A stretch of DNA of 64,000 nucleotides from Octopus vulgaris (taxonomy: Eukaryota): the NCBI GenBank assembly GCA_951406725.2, contig OX597822.1, positions 85,932,001 through 85,996,000 of the forward strand, read 5' to 3'. Below the pieces are notes generated by a model. It made no database searches and had not been told where the DNA came from. It saw only the letters and a list, made by a program, of their open reading frames with translations. The position numbers and the translations under genes are program-made. Below, piece by piece: positions 27,601 through 42,600 of the stretch; positions within the stretch are counted from its first letter, which is position 1, and each line of letters opens with the position of its first letter.

Positions 27601-30600
27601 GTTCTGGAAACTTTCTTTCTACCTTTCCTTTCTTATATACTCTTATCTAAAGCACTATTCTACCACTTGGGATCTTGGACCAGCCCCATGTCAGGTCTGT
27701 ATTCTTCAGCAAGTTGTACAGAGAACAAGAAAACTATTCCTTTTGGCTAAGTGTGACATTGATGAGCAGCTTCTTTGAAAACAGTTTGACTTATTGTTGT
27801 AGGAAATTAGTAATAATGGTACACCCCTCCCACATGACAAATGGAATAACCTAATCACTGTAAGTAAAGAGAAGTACAGGAAGTATCAAAGTACATAGTA
27901 GGCATTCAGAGATAGTTGCATCTTTACTGCTTTCACTAAGTATACTGTATGCCAAAGTGGGCATTATATCACTTACCAACAAAAGACATAGGACTGGGAT
28001 CTTTATCTGGATTTGAGGAATCAGAAATGAGTATCTCTTGAATTCTGTGAGCTGCATTTGTCTGCAGACAGTCAGTGGGGAACCAATTTTCATAGTCACC
28101 ATCTTTGACCTGTTTCTTGCAGCGATATTCCTGTAAGAAAAATTACCACAATCATCACTGTCAGCAGTTTAATGTTTATTTCTCTTCCCTTAACGAAATT
28201 TAAAGAACATGACTGGCACCCGTGCCAGTGGAGCACTAACAGCTCCATCCGAGCGGGATCACTGCCAGAGCAGCTGTCTGGCTTCTATGCCGGTGGCACA
28301 TAAAAATCACAATTTGAGTGTGATTGTTACCAGCATCACCTTACTGGCACGTGAGCAAAACATTCAAGCGAGGTCGTTGCCAGTTCCGCTGGACTGACTC
28401 CTGACGTAAAAAACACCATTTGAGTGTAGCTGTTGCCAGTACCGCCAGACTGGCCCTCATGCTGGTGGCACGTAAAAACACCCACTACACTCTCAGAGTG
28501 GTTGGCGTTAGGAAGGGCATCCAGCTGTAGAAACTCTGCCAGATCAGATTGGAGCCTGGTGCTGCCATCTGGTTCGCCAATCCTCAGTCAAATCATCCAA
28601 CCCATGCTAGCATGGAAAGCAGATGTTAAATGATGATGATGATTTCTATTCTTTTCCGTTGTCAAATATTTCAAGATTAAAGCTAACATCATCACATCTA
28701 AAATGCAATCACATTAAACAGAATGAAATTTTTAGAACAATGTTTCTGTGCATCAGTTTGTCCATTTTACCTAATATATTGTAGATTCTTATTGTTGTAA
28801 ATATTATTTCCAATATTCTACAAAGAAATATTGTAGCTTTCTGACAAATCCTGATATTTTCATATCATATGAAGAAAAATTATATTTTATCAACATTTTT
28901 TAAAAGTTAGTAATAATATAGCTCACATTAATTATAAAGAATTAGAGGTTAATTTGGTTTTTGTGCCTCACCTGTGGTCATGAATATTGGTTAATGACCA
29001 AAAAAGTAAAATTGTGAATACAAGTAACTGAAATGGAATTCCTCCAAAGGAATTTAGAAAAAGCATTGGTGCCATGTAAAAAGCACCCAATACATTCTGT
29101 AAAGTGGTTGGTGTTAGGACAGGCATTCAGCTGTAGAAACAATGCCAAAGCAGACAAGTGGCATCAGGTGCAGCTCCTGGTCTTGCCAGTTCCTGTCAAG
29201 CCAGCATGAAAAACTAATGCTAATGATGATGATGCATGTCTTTAAAAACTATGAGTCTTAAAATAACAAATTGAAGAAGAAGAGAAACAAATGACTAAAT
29301 TAAATGTGAGGACAAACCTGAATTTCAGTTGCAGGAAATCTGGTGCCCAGTTCCAAGAGGAAGACACAAAAGTAGAGAATAGTTTCAGAGATATGGGTTT
29401 CCTTCATAGCCTGCAAATAGACAGACATTTAGTAGAGTTTTAAATGCAACAAATAACAAAGAGAACAAACATACCTATGTTACACCCCAGTTACATAGCA
29501 TATATGAGCAACAATGGTGGAAATTCCACAGTTATTTTGAAAACTGTAAAACAGATGGAAGTTTACAAAGAACAACAAAATACATAATGTCTGTTGAATT
29601 TGTGTTTTTTTCTGATTCTTGAAATGATGCAACAGTTCATAGAAGTTGCACTGAAGGTGCATTTTTAGGAGAGAATATCTTTGAAAACTACATTCTTTGG
29701 AGTAAAGATTGTTTGCCAACATAACATGGCAGTCCTGGTTTAGGATGAATGTCTCCAGTTGGCTGTATGACACGATCTGTGTCCTTATATTTTCGAACAA
29801 GGGAATCTAGCACCTTCACTCAACTCAAAACAATATCTGTGTATCGCGATTTCCGGGTTATTTCCCTTCATCAGCACAGAATAATTGTTCGGCTAGAGGT
29901 GGCACTGCCGAATTCCCGTTTGAAATATATAGTTTTCAAAGTGACAACTAGTCACTGAACTATAAATTAGAAAATTACTATTTTTAAATCTCACAAGAGA
30001 TATTCAGCAACATAACATGGCAGTCCTGGCTTAGGACTACCATGTTATGTTGGCAAACAATCTTTACTCCAAAGTACTGTTGCTGAATATTTCTTGTTGT
30101 GAGATTTAAAAATAGCAATTTTCTAACCTTAAGACTTATCAATTTTTTTTTCTTCATTTACATTAAGAAATAAACAATTTTAAGTATGTAACAAAATCAA
30201 AGACATTATCTATCCAAAGCAATATTATTCTGCTAAGGTAAAGCTTTAATAAATATTAATACACTGAATTACATCTTTATTTTCATATCAGAGAAAAGTT
30301 GACATGGCTAAATATGAATTCATAGTGCCAGTGAACGAAGCAGAGGAGCTGCTCCAGTGAACTGAGGATTCCAACATAAAAAAAAATACCAACAGTATAG
30401 GCACAGACATAACTGTAGAGTTGAGTTTGCTTGGAAACAATGTGGTGATGGATCCAGTCCCATTGCGTAGGACATAGACTAACATTAATATCATCATTAT
30501 AAGTAATAAAGAGCAACAATAGAGAGAACCATGGAAACAATGCTGCCAAAAGCTGTGTCCATACTTGACTGAATCACCTACAACCAGAAGAGACTGACAA

Positions 30601-33600
30601 ACCACAACTTCAATGCCATCTTCAAATCACTGATTCTGCTATTCTCAGATCCAGAGAAATTTAGATGTCAGTCAAAACTTTGTGTTAAGTTTCTACACTT
30701 GTAATAAATTCTCAATATCTATAATCATTGTTTACTGATTAAATACCAGTAAGCCCGACTGGTCCTCGTGTCGATGGCACGTAAAAAGCATCCACTACAC
30801 TCTCGGAGTGGTTGGCATTAGGAAGGGCATCCAGCTGTAGAAATTCTGCCAGATCAGATTGGAGTCTGGTGCAACCTTCTGGCTTGCCAGTCCTGTCAAA
30901 CCATCAAGCCCATGCCAGCATTAAAAGCGGACGTTAAATGATGATGATGATGATGTCTCGTTTCTGAAATCTATAGACAGCCTTACATGCAATGTTCACT
31001 CTTTGACGATATAATACTTTTGATACAACCAAACAATAAGGCATAATGTATAAAGTGTAGTCCCAGGCCAGTGTAAAACATGGTCTGGGATCTAATGAGC
31101 CATTTCCTAATATTTAATACCAGTAGCTAAACATCATCATCATCATTGTGGTTACCATAGTTACTGACGATGGGATTGAAAGGATCAGATGAGTTCAAGG
31201 ACTGCACCATGCTCCAATGTCTGCTTTGGCATGGTTTCTACAGCTGGACAATGTCCTTCCTAATGCCAACCACTTTACAGAGTGGACTGGGTTCTTTTTT
31301 TGTATGCAAAGAAAATAGCTATGGCCTAAAATTAAAATGAAGCTATTAACTTAGTTTACTGAATGAGTTATTAAACTCTTCACTACACACTAGGAACTCC
31401 TTCACAGAGTAACTACGGCATTTGCTGAGAATATAAATAGTTTGGCTGCTTGTTTCTCTGGAGACTTTCAGAATGATGAGGACGCCTCTGATGAGAACCC
31501 AATAAGGTTCGAAAATCAATTAAAGTTGTTCATCTATTTCTCAATCTCTGGAGAAATGGTTAAAATCTGCTCTGTGTATAAATATACCATATATTAGAAA
31601 TATTACAACAATTCTTTATAGGCATGTTATATAACAATAATGGACATAAAGTGAATTACCTTGTACAAAACAGAGAAGATAAAACCATGCAGTGTTCTGC
31701 AATGTAACATTCTTCTGAGACCATCATAAGCTGGCAGAATCTTACCAGGAATCTTTATCGGTGGCCATGGGGTGCTTTTACCTGTGTATTTCCCAGATTG
31801 CTTAAGACTGGGGGAAAACAAAAAATGAAATTCTATTGAAAAAAGTACAACTTCAATAACTTTATCTTAAATAAAAATCCTGTTTGAATCGTAACATTTA
31901 TAGGTGTATACAGTAGAGAAGATAGAAAATAAAGTGGAATCTGTTTAATTATCACCAACAGACTGTGCAGTTACATTACTTCAAATTTCATACTGATGAG
32001 GCAATCATCAATAACAGATCAGTCAACTCTAACAGCAAAAAGAAAATGGTGTGTATGTACATATGCATGCACACACACACAAACACATGCATTTATTATA
32101 ATCAAGACTTCAGAGACTCAAGCAATTTTCGAAGTTCATCAACAAAGACAGAAATATAGAACAAAATAAACAGAGCTGTGGCTGTGTGGTAAGAAGCATG
32201 GTTCTGGGTTCATCTGGTGTGGCAGCAAGGTAGGTGTCTTCAATTATAGCCTTGTGAGTGGATTTGGCAGATAGAAACTGAAAGAAGTCCATCATATTGT
32301 GTGTGTGTGTGTTTTTGTCCCCCAACCACCACAGGGTAACCAGTGTCGTTATATTTACACCCCTGTAACTCAGAGGTTTGGCAAAAGAGATAGATAGAAT
32401 AAAATACCAAGCTTAAAGAAAAATAAGTACTGGGGTCCACTAAAACCTCTTCGGGGCAGTGACCCAGATTCGCTGAAGACTAATGACTGAGATAAAAGAT
32501 AAAACAATAAAAGTAAATTGATGGCTCTGACTAGAGCTGTAACGAAGGGGAGATAAATAAGGAAGACTTGAATTACTGGGCAGTTTAATAACTCATCATT
32601 TTATTGTCATGCGCATATTTCATCAGGAAAAATTGTGTTGGATCTTCATTTAATTCCGGTTAATGAAGCTTGTGGTTGATCTCGTACAAAGTTGGTCAAT
32701 TTGCAGAAACATGACATATCCTGATGATGATACAAATGTCTGCAGTATCTCTTCTACAGCAGACTCTTTCTGTCCCTCTATCATAGTTTAACCTCTAATA
32801 ATCACCTGGCAGAAAGTCATCAGTTTAAGGGGTTTTTTTTTTTGTCTTGGTGACTTTACCAGGGCTGATGCCACGTAAAAAGCATCCAGTATACTCTGTA
32901 ATATGGCTGGTGTTAGGAGGGCATTCAGTTGTAAAGACCATGCTGATGCAGACAATAGAGTTTGGTGCAGACCATCCAGCCATGCCATCATGGAAAACGG
33001 ATGTTAACTGATGATGATGATGCATAAATACACATATTTATACCTCAAACTGATTTTCGATTTAGTTTGCCCATAACATTCAAAGATCTATTCAGTTTAT
33101 CACAAACTCCTGCCTTAGAAAACATTTCTAGAGGCATTTTCAAAAATGAGATAACTTTAGAAATAAATAAATAAGCCTACATGCTGGTCTGGTCCATCCA
33201 TATAATACATGTGTGTGTGCATGTGTGTCTGAGACAGAGAAAGAGATAAAGAGATGTCAGTATGCAAAAAAAAAAAAACTCATATATATGAATATACACA
33301 CACACATACTGGGTGTAATGGGTAAATTGTTGCCATTTTTATATTTTTAATTTTGTGTATGCACATTGCTTGTTTTTTTGTCGACTACACAAATTAGTAG
33401 GGTCAGTTGGGCACCATCTGTGAGAAAACCAGCACTATGATGCAATTCACTCTGCCAGAAATTTGGAAATGACATACTGTACTGTTTGGCATTCATGCCA
33501 GAAGCTCCAATATGAACATTACAGTGTTGGGTGTGAATCTGAGTCCTCAAAACATGATCCAAGAGTGATAAAATTCAAACATCCAGTCAACATCATGGTG

Positions 33601-36600
33601 TTTGGAGTAATCACTAGTGATGGAAACATTATGCCCCATTCATCTTCCTACATAGCCTCAGACTCAACATGGAGGCCAACATCAAGTGCCTGGAGAAGGT
33701 AGTACTGCCCTGGGTCAAGAGGGTAGCTGCTGGAAGACTATGTCTGGCAACAGGACTCTACACCATGCCACACAAGCAGGAGAACCCAGTCATGGCTGTC
33801 AGACAATTTCTGCAACCACAACACCCCTAACATCTGGCCACCTAACTCCCCAAACTGCAACCCCCTTGATTAGTATGTGTGGGGCACATTTGAGTGAAAG
33901 ACCAACAAAACTCCTTGTAACACCAAAGATGAACTGAAGGCAAGGATTATGGCAGCATTCACCAACTTAAACAAAGAGACCATCCAGAAGAGCTGCAGGG
34001 GATTCCGAAGTCGTCTGGAAGCTATGGTTGAAGCGAATGGCCATTTTATTGAATAAATTTACTCTTTAGTATTTCAAGATATTTTCATGTAATTCTGGTA
34101 AATATATCTGTTAACATGAGAGGTCAGTGATATTTTCATTTTTGCGTAATTTAGACAATATATTCACCACACCCTGTATATATACATGCACAAACATTTA
34201 CACATCACATATGATAATTAGATGATAAATAGAAAATAAAACATTTAAAAGGAAGTGTACAGTCGACAAGAGGATCTTAGTATCCCTGAAGAAGTAACAA
34301 AGTAATCATGACAAAGACTATCATAACATTTCCTTACTAGGCATGGTACCGGTCCATGGCAGACTGAATGTCTCTTTTGTAGACAGCTCGAGTTGACACT
34401 TGGATAGGGTCAAATTCTTGATCCCAAAGAAAACCTGCAGAAAGAGAAACATCACAGTTTTATAACACATTTCAATATTCTTTTACTGGTTTCAATCACC
34501 GGACTGTGACCAAGTTGGAGCATTGCTTTTAAAGATTTTTAGTGGGCAATACAGACCCTCATATTTTGTCTCACACTTACTTTACTGTTCAAGAAAATAA
34601 GTAGCAAAATACCAGCATACTTCAGAAAGATGACCAAGGCCACTGGAATGGAACTTCATTACTTAACGTCTGCTGGCATGGGTTAGATGGCTTGACTAGA
34701 ACTAGTAAGCTGGAGGGCTGCACCAGGTTCCAGTTTGATTTGTCATGGTTTCTACAGCTGGATGCCCTTCCTAACACCTAGCATTCCAAAAGCATAATGG
34801 GTACTTTTCACATGCCACTGGCATGGGTGTCATTTACATGACACTGGCTACAGTCACAACTATGCTTTCACTTGGCTTGCTGCAATATAATTTTGTTTAA
34901 TGATTTTTTTTGCCACCCAATGGCAATATACATCTATAGTATTACTGTCACCATCCTCATCATTACTTTACATGTACTTTTCCATGGGTAGACTGGCTTT
35001 TCTTCTCTCTCACAACGTCTCATCATTTGTTATCTCATTCTGGAGATTCAGAAAGATTAACCTCCTCAGAGCAGGAACATACTTTAATTTGCCAGCAACT
35101 ATTGATTCTCTTCAAAGTTCAGGAAATAGTCATGACAATGTTGTACTAATTCTATATCTGAGAGAGAGAGACAGACAGACAGAGACCCTAGACTGAATCC
35201 AAAGAAAGGTCACATGACTGACATGAAGTCCTTTACTTTGGTCTACAGGACTCACTTGTCTTCCTTTTCCTAACCCTACCCCTACAACAATAAATTCTAC
35301 TTTTTGGACCATAGCTGGTCTTGTGCCCCCTCTCCTCACTCATTCCCCTTCCTCTTATGATCTACAGTGTCACCCCACTCTCCACCTCCACTTTCACAGA
35401 CCCCCTTCACTGACCACTTTGCCCAGTCCTTTCACTCCAACCTGTTATATTTGAAAAGAATGTAACTCCTGTTGATCCCACTAATCTTGAAAGGAATGCA
35501 CTGACCATGGACACAGCCCTCTCTTCCCCATGTAACCAATAAACAACTCAATACAGATTGGTCATACAACAACAACAACAGAACTATTGATCAAACACTT
35601 CCTTATTTCAAAATAACAGCTGTTGATTGGCTAAAATTCCCTTTACACCATATAGTAGCTGTAGTTGTGGTCAATTTAAAACCAGCCCTGATTGAGCAGA
35701 TCATTGATCAAAGGTGCCTTCGCCAAGATGATCTTGGCTATTTTCACAAGCAACATAGTGTATCTAGGACTATATTGTACAATGTGTTCTTATGAAATAC
35801 AGCAGAGTGTGATTTGAGGGAGATTCAGCTTTTACTTCTAGCAAGTTGAATACCATGTAGAGGTTCCCTCACTAACACAATTCGTTACATCCCTTCAGAC
35901 AACTATGATGAATAAAATTACATTTTCCACAGTAAGGTTTGAACTTCTGACCACCCAGTTGAACGTTACAAAAGATGAAATATACACCAGCACCCAAAAA
36001 CACCCTCCGTACCTTTTGGCATATAGGTTCCTTGCTGTAAACCTCCTCCAGATTCAAGAACTGGTGCTTTGTAGTCTGCCACCTACAACAGAATATAGAC
36101 TACAATATTACAACTGGAAACATTTTAGAGTGGATTAAGGAACAGATTTAAGAGCAAATCTTTGTAAATGGCACATGAGATACACTTTTGCCCCCTTAAA
36201 AAATGTCTTTGAAAAAAGAAAAAAAAAAAAATCACCCTGGGTCCTATATGTGAAGTTTTATTAACCCTTTAGCATTTAAAATGGTCATCTCCCTGTTTTA
36301 TGTTCAAACTGGCCAGATCTGGCCTCTCATACCTACCCTACAATGTCATTCTGAAAAATAAATAATCACATCAAGATCTTGAAGCTTTGAGATAATGTCT
36401 GATTCATTCAAATTAATGAGAATAAAAAAAGAGTTAGATTTGAGAGAATAATCTGAACAAAGGATTCGATATTATATATTTTTATACAATGGAAACTTAT
36501 TTTAGCTGGAAATGTGCTGCGGAAATTGGGATGCGTTTGATAGACTGTGCGTGTGTCTTTTTTTATGCCATCGAATATGGTAAATGGACATAGGGAAAAG

Positions 36601-39600
36601 AATGACTTACTGCTTTCAAGGTAGACTCAAAGTAACATTTCTCATGAACAGCTAATCCAGACTTCTCTGGCATTGAATCCATCAACTGGCTGTGTGTGCG
36701 GTCATTAACACAAAGCAAAGCCACCATCTCAACACGGACTAACTCCTTCTCACTGATACCTTGACAAAACCAAACATTAACATTTAGTAACAGTTTCTAT
36801 GATTAATTTAACAGAAAAAGAAATTAAAATTTATAGGATTTGTTTAGATTAATACACACACTAACACCTGTATATGCCTACTCCCATCATCATTATCATT
36901 TAACATCTGTTTTCCATGCTGGCATGGGTTGGACAATTAGACAGGAGCTGCACCAGGTTCTATAGTTTGTTTTGACAAGGTTTATCTGGCCAGATGCCCT
37001 TCCTAACACCAGCCACTTTACAGAGTGTACTGGGGGTTTCTATGTAGCACTAGCACAGGTGCTTTTTACGTGGCACCGGCATTTCATGTATGATTGTCAT
37101 CATCATCATCATCATTTAGCGTCTGCTTTCCATGCTAGCATGGGTTGGACGGTTCAACTGGGGTCTGGGAAGCCAGAAGGCTGCACCAGGCCCAGTCTGA
37201 GCTGGCAATGTTTCTACGGCTGGATGCCCTTCCTAACGCCAACCACTCCGTGAGGGTAGTGGGTGCTTTTTATATGCCACCGGCACAGGTGCCAGAGGAG
37301 GCTGGCAAACGGCCACGGTCGGATGGTGCTTTTTACGTGCCACCCGCACGGAGGCCAGTCGAGGCTGGCAACGGCCACAATCGGATGGTGCTTTTTACGT
37401 GCCACCGGCACGGAGGCAAGTCAGGGCAGCGCTGGCAATGGCCACGATCGGATGGTTCACTTACGTGCCACCGGCACTGTTATCACAGCTGCAATTTCCA
37501 TTGATGTTGATCGACTTCGATTTTAAAAATATATATTTGCAAGAACTGTTTTTGAGAATATGCAAAGCTATTTATTTTACATCACAAATCCAGGCAAGGT
37601 TATTTGTGGAAGACCAACAGTCGCCCATGCATACCTGCAGTCTCCCCTCTCCAGGCTACCAATGCTGTCCAAGGAAAAGACAAAGGATGATACAACTTGG
37701 CACCAGTGACATCACAACTCATTTCTACAGCTGAGTGAATTGGAGTAACATGAAATAAAGTGTCTTACTCAAGAATACAACATACAGCCCACTCTGGGAA
37801 TCAAACACTTCATCCAGAGCCATGCACCTTCACTACAATACACACACACATAAATATATACACAAACATACACTTGTTTCCACATAGTTTCTCCTAACCA
37901 ATTTTCTCTGACAAAATGTTGGTTGATATGAGGCTATTGGGAACAGAACCTGTATTTAAAAAGATGATGGTTTTGAGTGAATTAAGTTTAAACTTACCCA
38001 GATAGGTGCGTACGGACTGCAACATAGCTAGGAAAGATAAGGCACTCTCCACTAATGCCAGTTCTTGTTCGGATTCCAATATACAACCAATTTTGATTGG
38101 TTTAGGGCATAACAAGAGCCAGTTTGTAAGATGAAAGCTGAAAATTACAAACAGATTAAACGTGAAGCTAGATTCAAAAGTAAACATCTAAAAGCTTAAG
38201 CAATTTCTTTTTATCTTTATACAAAATGAATAGAATGATTAAAAAAATAAAGCATCTGCAACTAATCACTCATCAATTTTTGGTAATTATTTTACCTACA
38301 TTTTCCAACAAGAGCCTTAATATGCGGATTTTAAAATGTCAATATTTACATACTGAATATTGCTGGAACACATCATTTATGACTGAGTACCCATCTTAAT
38401 ATTAATCAGTCAACTCTGAAGTATCAGCCAGACAGACTGAGGTAATAAGCACTAAATAGGTATCAAATTCATCATTATCCATCCACTTCTTCCATGCTTC
38501 TATTGATTAGACAGAATTTGTTGAAACAGATTTTCTATGGCTGGATGCCCTTCGTGTTTCCAACCCTTGTCTGCTTCCAAAGTGATATTTCCCTGTGGTC
38601 AGACATGTTCTCAGGGAATACTGGAAATGAATGACAATCATTCACAACTAGGAAGACATGGGATGAGGTGGTGAAGCATGACCACCAAACATTTGGCCTC
38701 ACAGAGGCAATGACAGGAAACCAAGACCTTTGGAGATATACTGTGATTGAGAAAACCTGGCAAATAAAGTGAGATCGCAGCCATGGCCAATGCCAGTGTT
38801 GCATGTCCGGCCCATTTAAGAGAACCCTTGATATGTCAGGCAATATGATATGCTTGAGAAGACTTGTTGAGTCAAGTAAAACGAAAATCGTAGCAGTGGC
38901 CAGTGCTCCCTGACTGGCTCCTGTGCTGATGGGTCGTAAAAAACACCATCCGAACAGGACCAATGCCAGGGCTGCCTAACTGGCTCCTGTGTCAGTGGCA
39001 CGTAAAAAGTACCCACTACACTCTCGGAGTGCTTAGCATTAGGAAGGACATCAAGCTGTAGAAACATTGCCAGATCAGATTGAAGCCTGGTGCAGCTGCT
39101 GGCTTTCCAGACCCAGTCAAACCGTCTAACCCATGCCAGCATGGACGTTAAACAATGATGATGATGATGAAAGAGACAAACACACACACAACAACTTTCT
39201 TTCAATTTCCATCTACCAATTCCACTCACAAGACTTTGGTCACCTTGAGGCTATAGAAGAAGAAACCAGGCCAAAATGCCACGCAGTGGGACTGAACCTA
39301 GAACCATGTCGTTAGGAAGTAAACTTCTTACCTACAGCCACACCAGTGCCTATTAGGATATATATTTTCAAGGAAGGGCTTTGCTATTAAACGGACCCCA
39401 ATTTTTAATTGGCATTTAGTTTACTATACTTGAAAACATGGAATAATACAAAGTCAGCCCTAGCAAGATTTGATCTCAAATTATTATAAAAGAGATATAA
39501 CTAAATTCTTCTCAAGAAATGTCAAAAATATCTAAAACCTGTGCAGCAAACAAATAACAAAACAATGAGCAACAATCAAATTACTGTTTTCTAATGTTTA

Positions 39601-42600
39601 GTAAAGAGACATTGAAATGCAGTTGATGTTCAGGATTTCCCGATGAAGATAGGGGGGGGACTGAAGTGAGGCACTTCCTAATGCCTAACAGACAAGGGTA
39701 TTTGAAACAGACCTTGTATGATAATCAAACCCATCAATAGTAGGGTTTTCCTTTTGTTTACAACTCAGAGAATTTGTTTAAAGCTAAGAGGTCAGCAACC
39801 TAATAAACAATTATTTATGGTTACTAATACATTGTAATGTCAGACACAGGAGAAATGTTAACTCACCACCTGACAGCTCAACAGCCTTTTAATTGACCAA
39901 CTGTAACCTAATGAGTAATTAATTGTTAGTAAAGCAGACCAAGTGTAACACAAAAGTGAGTGAAGTAGACATAAGACCACAACTAATTAATGATTCAGTG
40001 GGTTGTATTCCGTCCTTTGTATACAAACGAAGACACTGAGGCCTTCAGTAGTTGAAAGTAGATATAAAAGAGTGAGTAGGAGCAGGACTGTGAAAGATAA
40101 CATCTCAATGATTTGGAGTTCAGGATTCAATTCCTTCATTAGAATATTACAAAATATAGTAAAGAGTTCCTCCAGTATTATGTTTATATTTAAGTAATCT
40201 TATATCTGATGCCATTGTAGCCTATGTTCAATAATGGAGATGCAAGAGACAACAACATTATTCTCATCATTTTCCATCCTTCCTTCCACACTGGCACAAA
40301 CTGAATGTTCTCTGGTATCTCACACTTGTGCTCCTTGGTCATTCAACACATGCAGCAACACAGTAAAAAGAAACAGTTACAAATATGACAGGTGGATGGG
40401 GTATCATGTTGTTTTTACATTGGATGTCTTTCATATCACCTACCACTCTACAATCATCATCATTTCAGCATGGATGGGACAATGTGACCTGGATACATTT
40501 TAGTAGGCCACCAGCACCAGAAAGGTTGTCCCAGACTAAAACTAAGCAGTTCCCTCTACTTAATGTTGGTTCCATTCATTCCTACTTTGTTCAGAAACAC
40601 AATAAAATGGTTAGATCAGCTTGTCCACAACAAAACTGTCTCAAAGTATTTAACAAGGTACAAACATTATTAATTGAATCAAAAGAGTAGAATTTGAAAA
40701 CAGATTTTTAACTGGCTTACCTCTCGATAACAATTCTCACAAACTCGTTAGGTGGGAGATGGGCTGCACACACCTAAAGTGACAAAAAAACAATAATTGA
40801 AATAACACAACCTGAGTGATTTGGCAATTAGCAGAATAGATTTTAAGTGAGCAGTGTTGGTCTGCTTTTGTGAAAGTTGGACCAAAACAGAATAATTGCT
40901 TATTAAAAAAAAAAGCTGGATGCTATTGTAATAACTTGGAGAAAGTGTTCACCTTCTTTTTTATCAAGCAGCTGAGGGAAATTGAATAACGTGCCTCGGT
41001 CAAATGCTTTGTAAAGTTTGAATACTTGTCTATATAAGTCAGTAGTTCAGTACCTCATACTACTTGTACAACCAACTATACAATAATATAGAGTTAGTTA
41101 CCATCATCATCATCATTTAATGTCCATTTTCCATGCTGGCATGAGTTGGATGCTTTGACAGGAGCTGGCAAGGCTGGAAAGCTACACCAGGCACCATTTG
41201 TCTGTTTTGGCATGGTCTCTATGGCTGGATGCCCTTCCTAACACCAACCACTTTATAGAGTGGCACTAGGTACTTTTTAATTGGCACCAGCACAGGAGCT
41301 TTTTAAATAGCACCAGCATAGATGCTTTTTTTATGTTAGAAAATTAAAAACATTACTGCAAGTATTGAATTTCTATTCTGCAAGATTATAAATTCAAACC
41401 ATGCACTTATGCTGGTAACAATACTTCTATATACATGTGAGATACAAGATATCAACTACAACTTATTTGTCTGACAAACACTGGCACCAGACCTGCTTCA
41501 GTTGGCAGGTGGATTGACATCCAGCTGTCAAAATACAGCTCAGTATTTATAGACATTTGTTAAGGTAAAATACATTTTAAAAGAGTCAGAGAAAATTAGA
41601 TTATATGATTCAAGCACAGGTAGGGAAAATTTGCAAAATTCAAGATGAAAGAAATAAAGGTAGACCACAATAATTATTGAAAGAATTCAAAAATTTAAAG
41701 TGAGAAAGACACAGTAATGTCATCAACACTCACCTGTATCAGGTAAAGATCAGCATCTAACATAGAATAGCAGAAATGGCACTGAACATAAGTCATTGCC
41801 TGTCCTTTGATCTGCAGACCATTTCTTAGCCATAAATTAGCATTGATTTCAGCAATTCCAGCCTAGAAATAAAAAATGTGAGTGTTATTCAAGAATGCAC
41901 GCACAACAGGTGTGTGTGTGTGTGTGTGTACCCTTTCAAAACATTTTTATATAATTCTAATTGTTCCAGAAGAGATTACTACACTGATAAAAGATATTGT
42001 CTGGGAATGTACTGTGAGCTGATGGTGATGAATACATTTGATAGAAGTAGCCAAAGGAAAAATTTTAAAGAAACAGATTTAACTTGACCTGTACGAGGAG
42101 GTAGTTTATTATAATATTTGGTTAAGCTCATAGCATATAAAAAGACGAGAAAAAAAAAACAGAAATGTAGTGTTGATGATAGTGTTGATGGTAATGATAG
42201 TGGCCAACCGAGTGTGATAGAAAAGTCCTGATGGGGTCAGCAATCTTTGGACAAATTTTATTAAAATGGCATTACTCCTACCTGAATTCGCAGTGGAAAC
42301 ATCAACAAGTTCTTCAGCTTTGAATAAGAAGGTAACATTTGTGTGATAGGTACTGCTTGATGTTGGACAGCATAAGCCAAGAATACAGCTAGGTAACGAT
42401 GAAGAGGCAGGTGGAAAGCCAGCTGCAGGTAACTTGTCTGAAATAAACGCAGAAGAAAATAAAAATAACATTTCTTGAACATTCTTATTAATTTCTCATC
42501 AAAATATTCAACAAATTTGTTTTAAATGTTTAATTTTCACAGTAATTTATTAAAATATACTTCAGATAATATGTCATTTCATTCCAAAGTGAAAGAAAAT

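Noticed and set aside
30283-30605. Two hydrophobic minus-strand ORFs in intron 18
   Set aside because: No recognisable motif, and exons 18 and 19 already join in frame without them.
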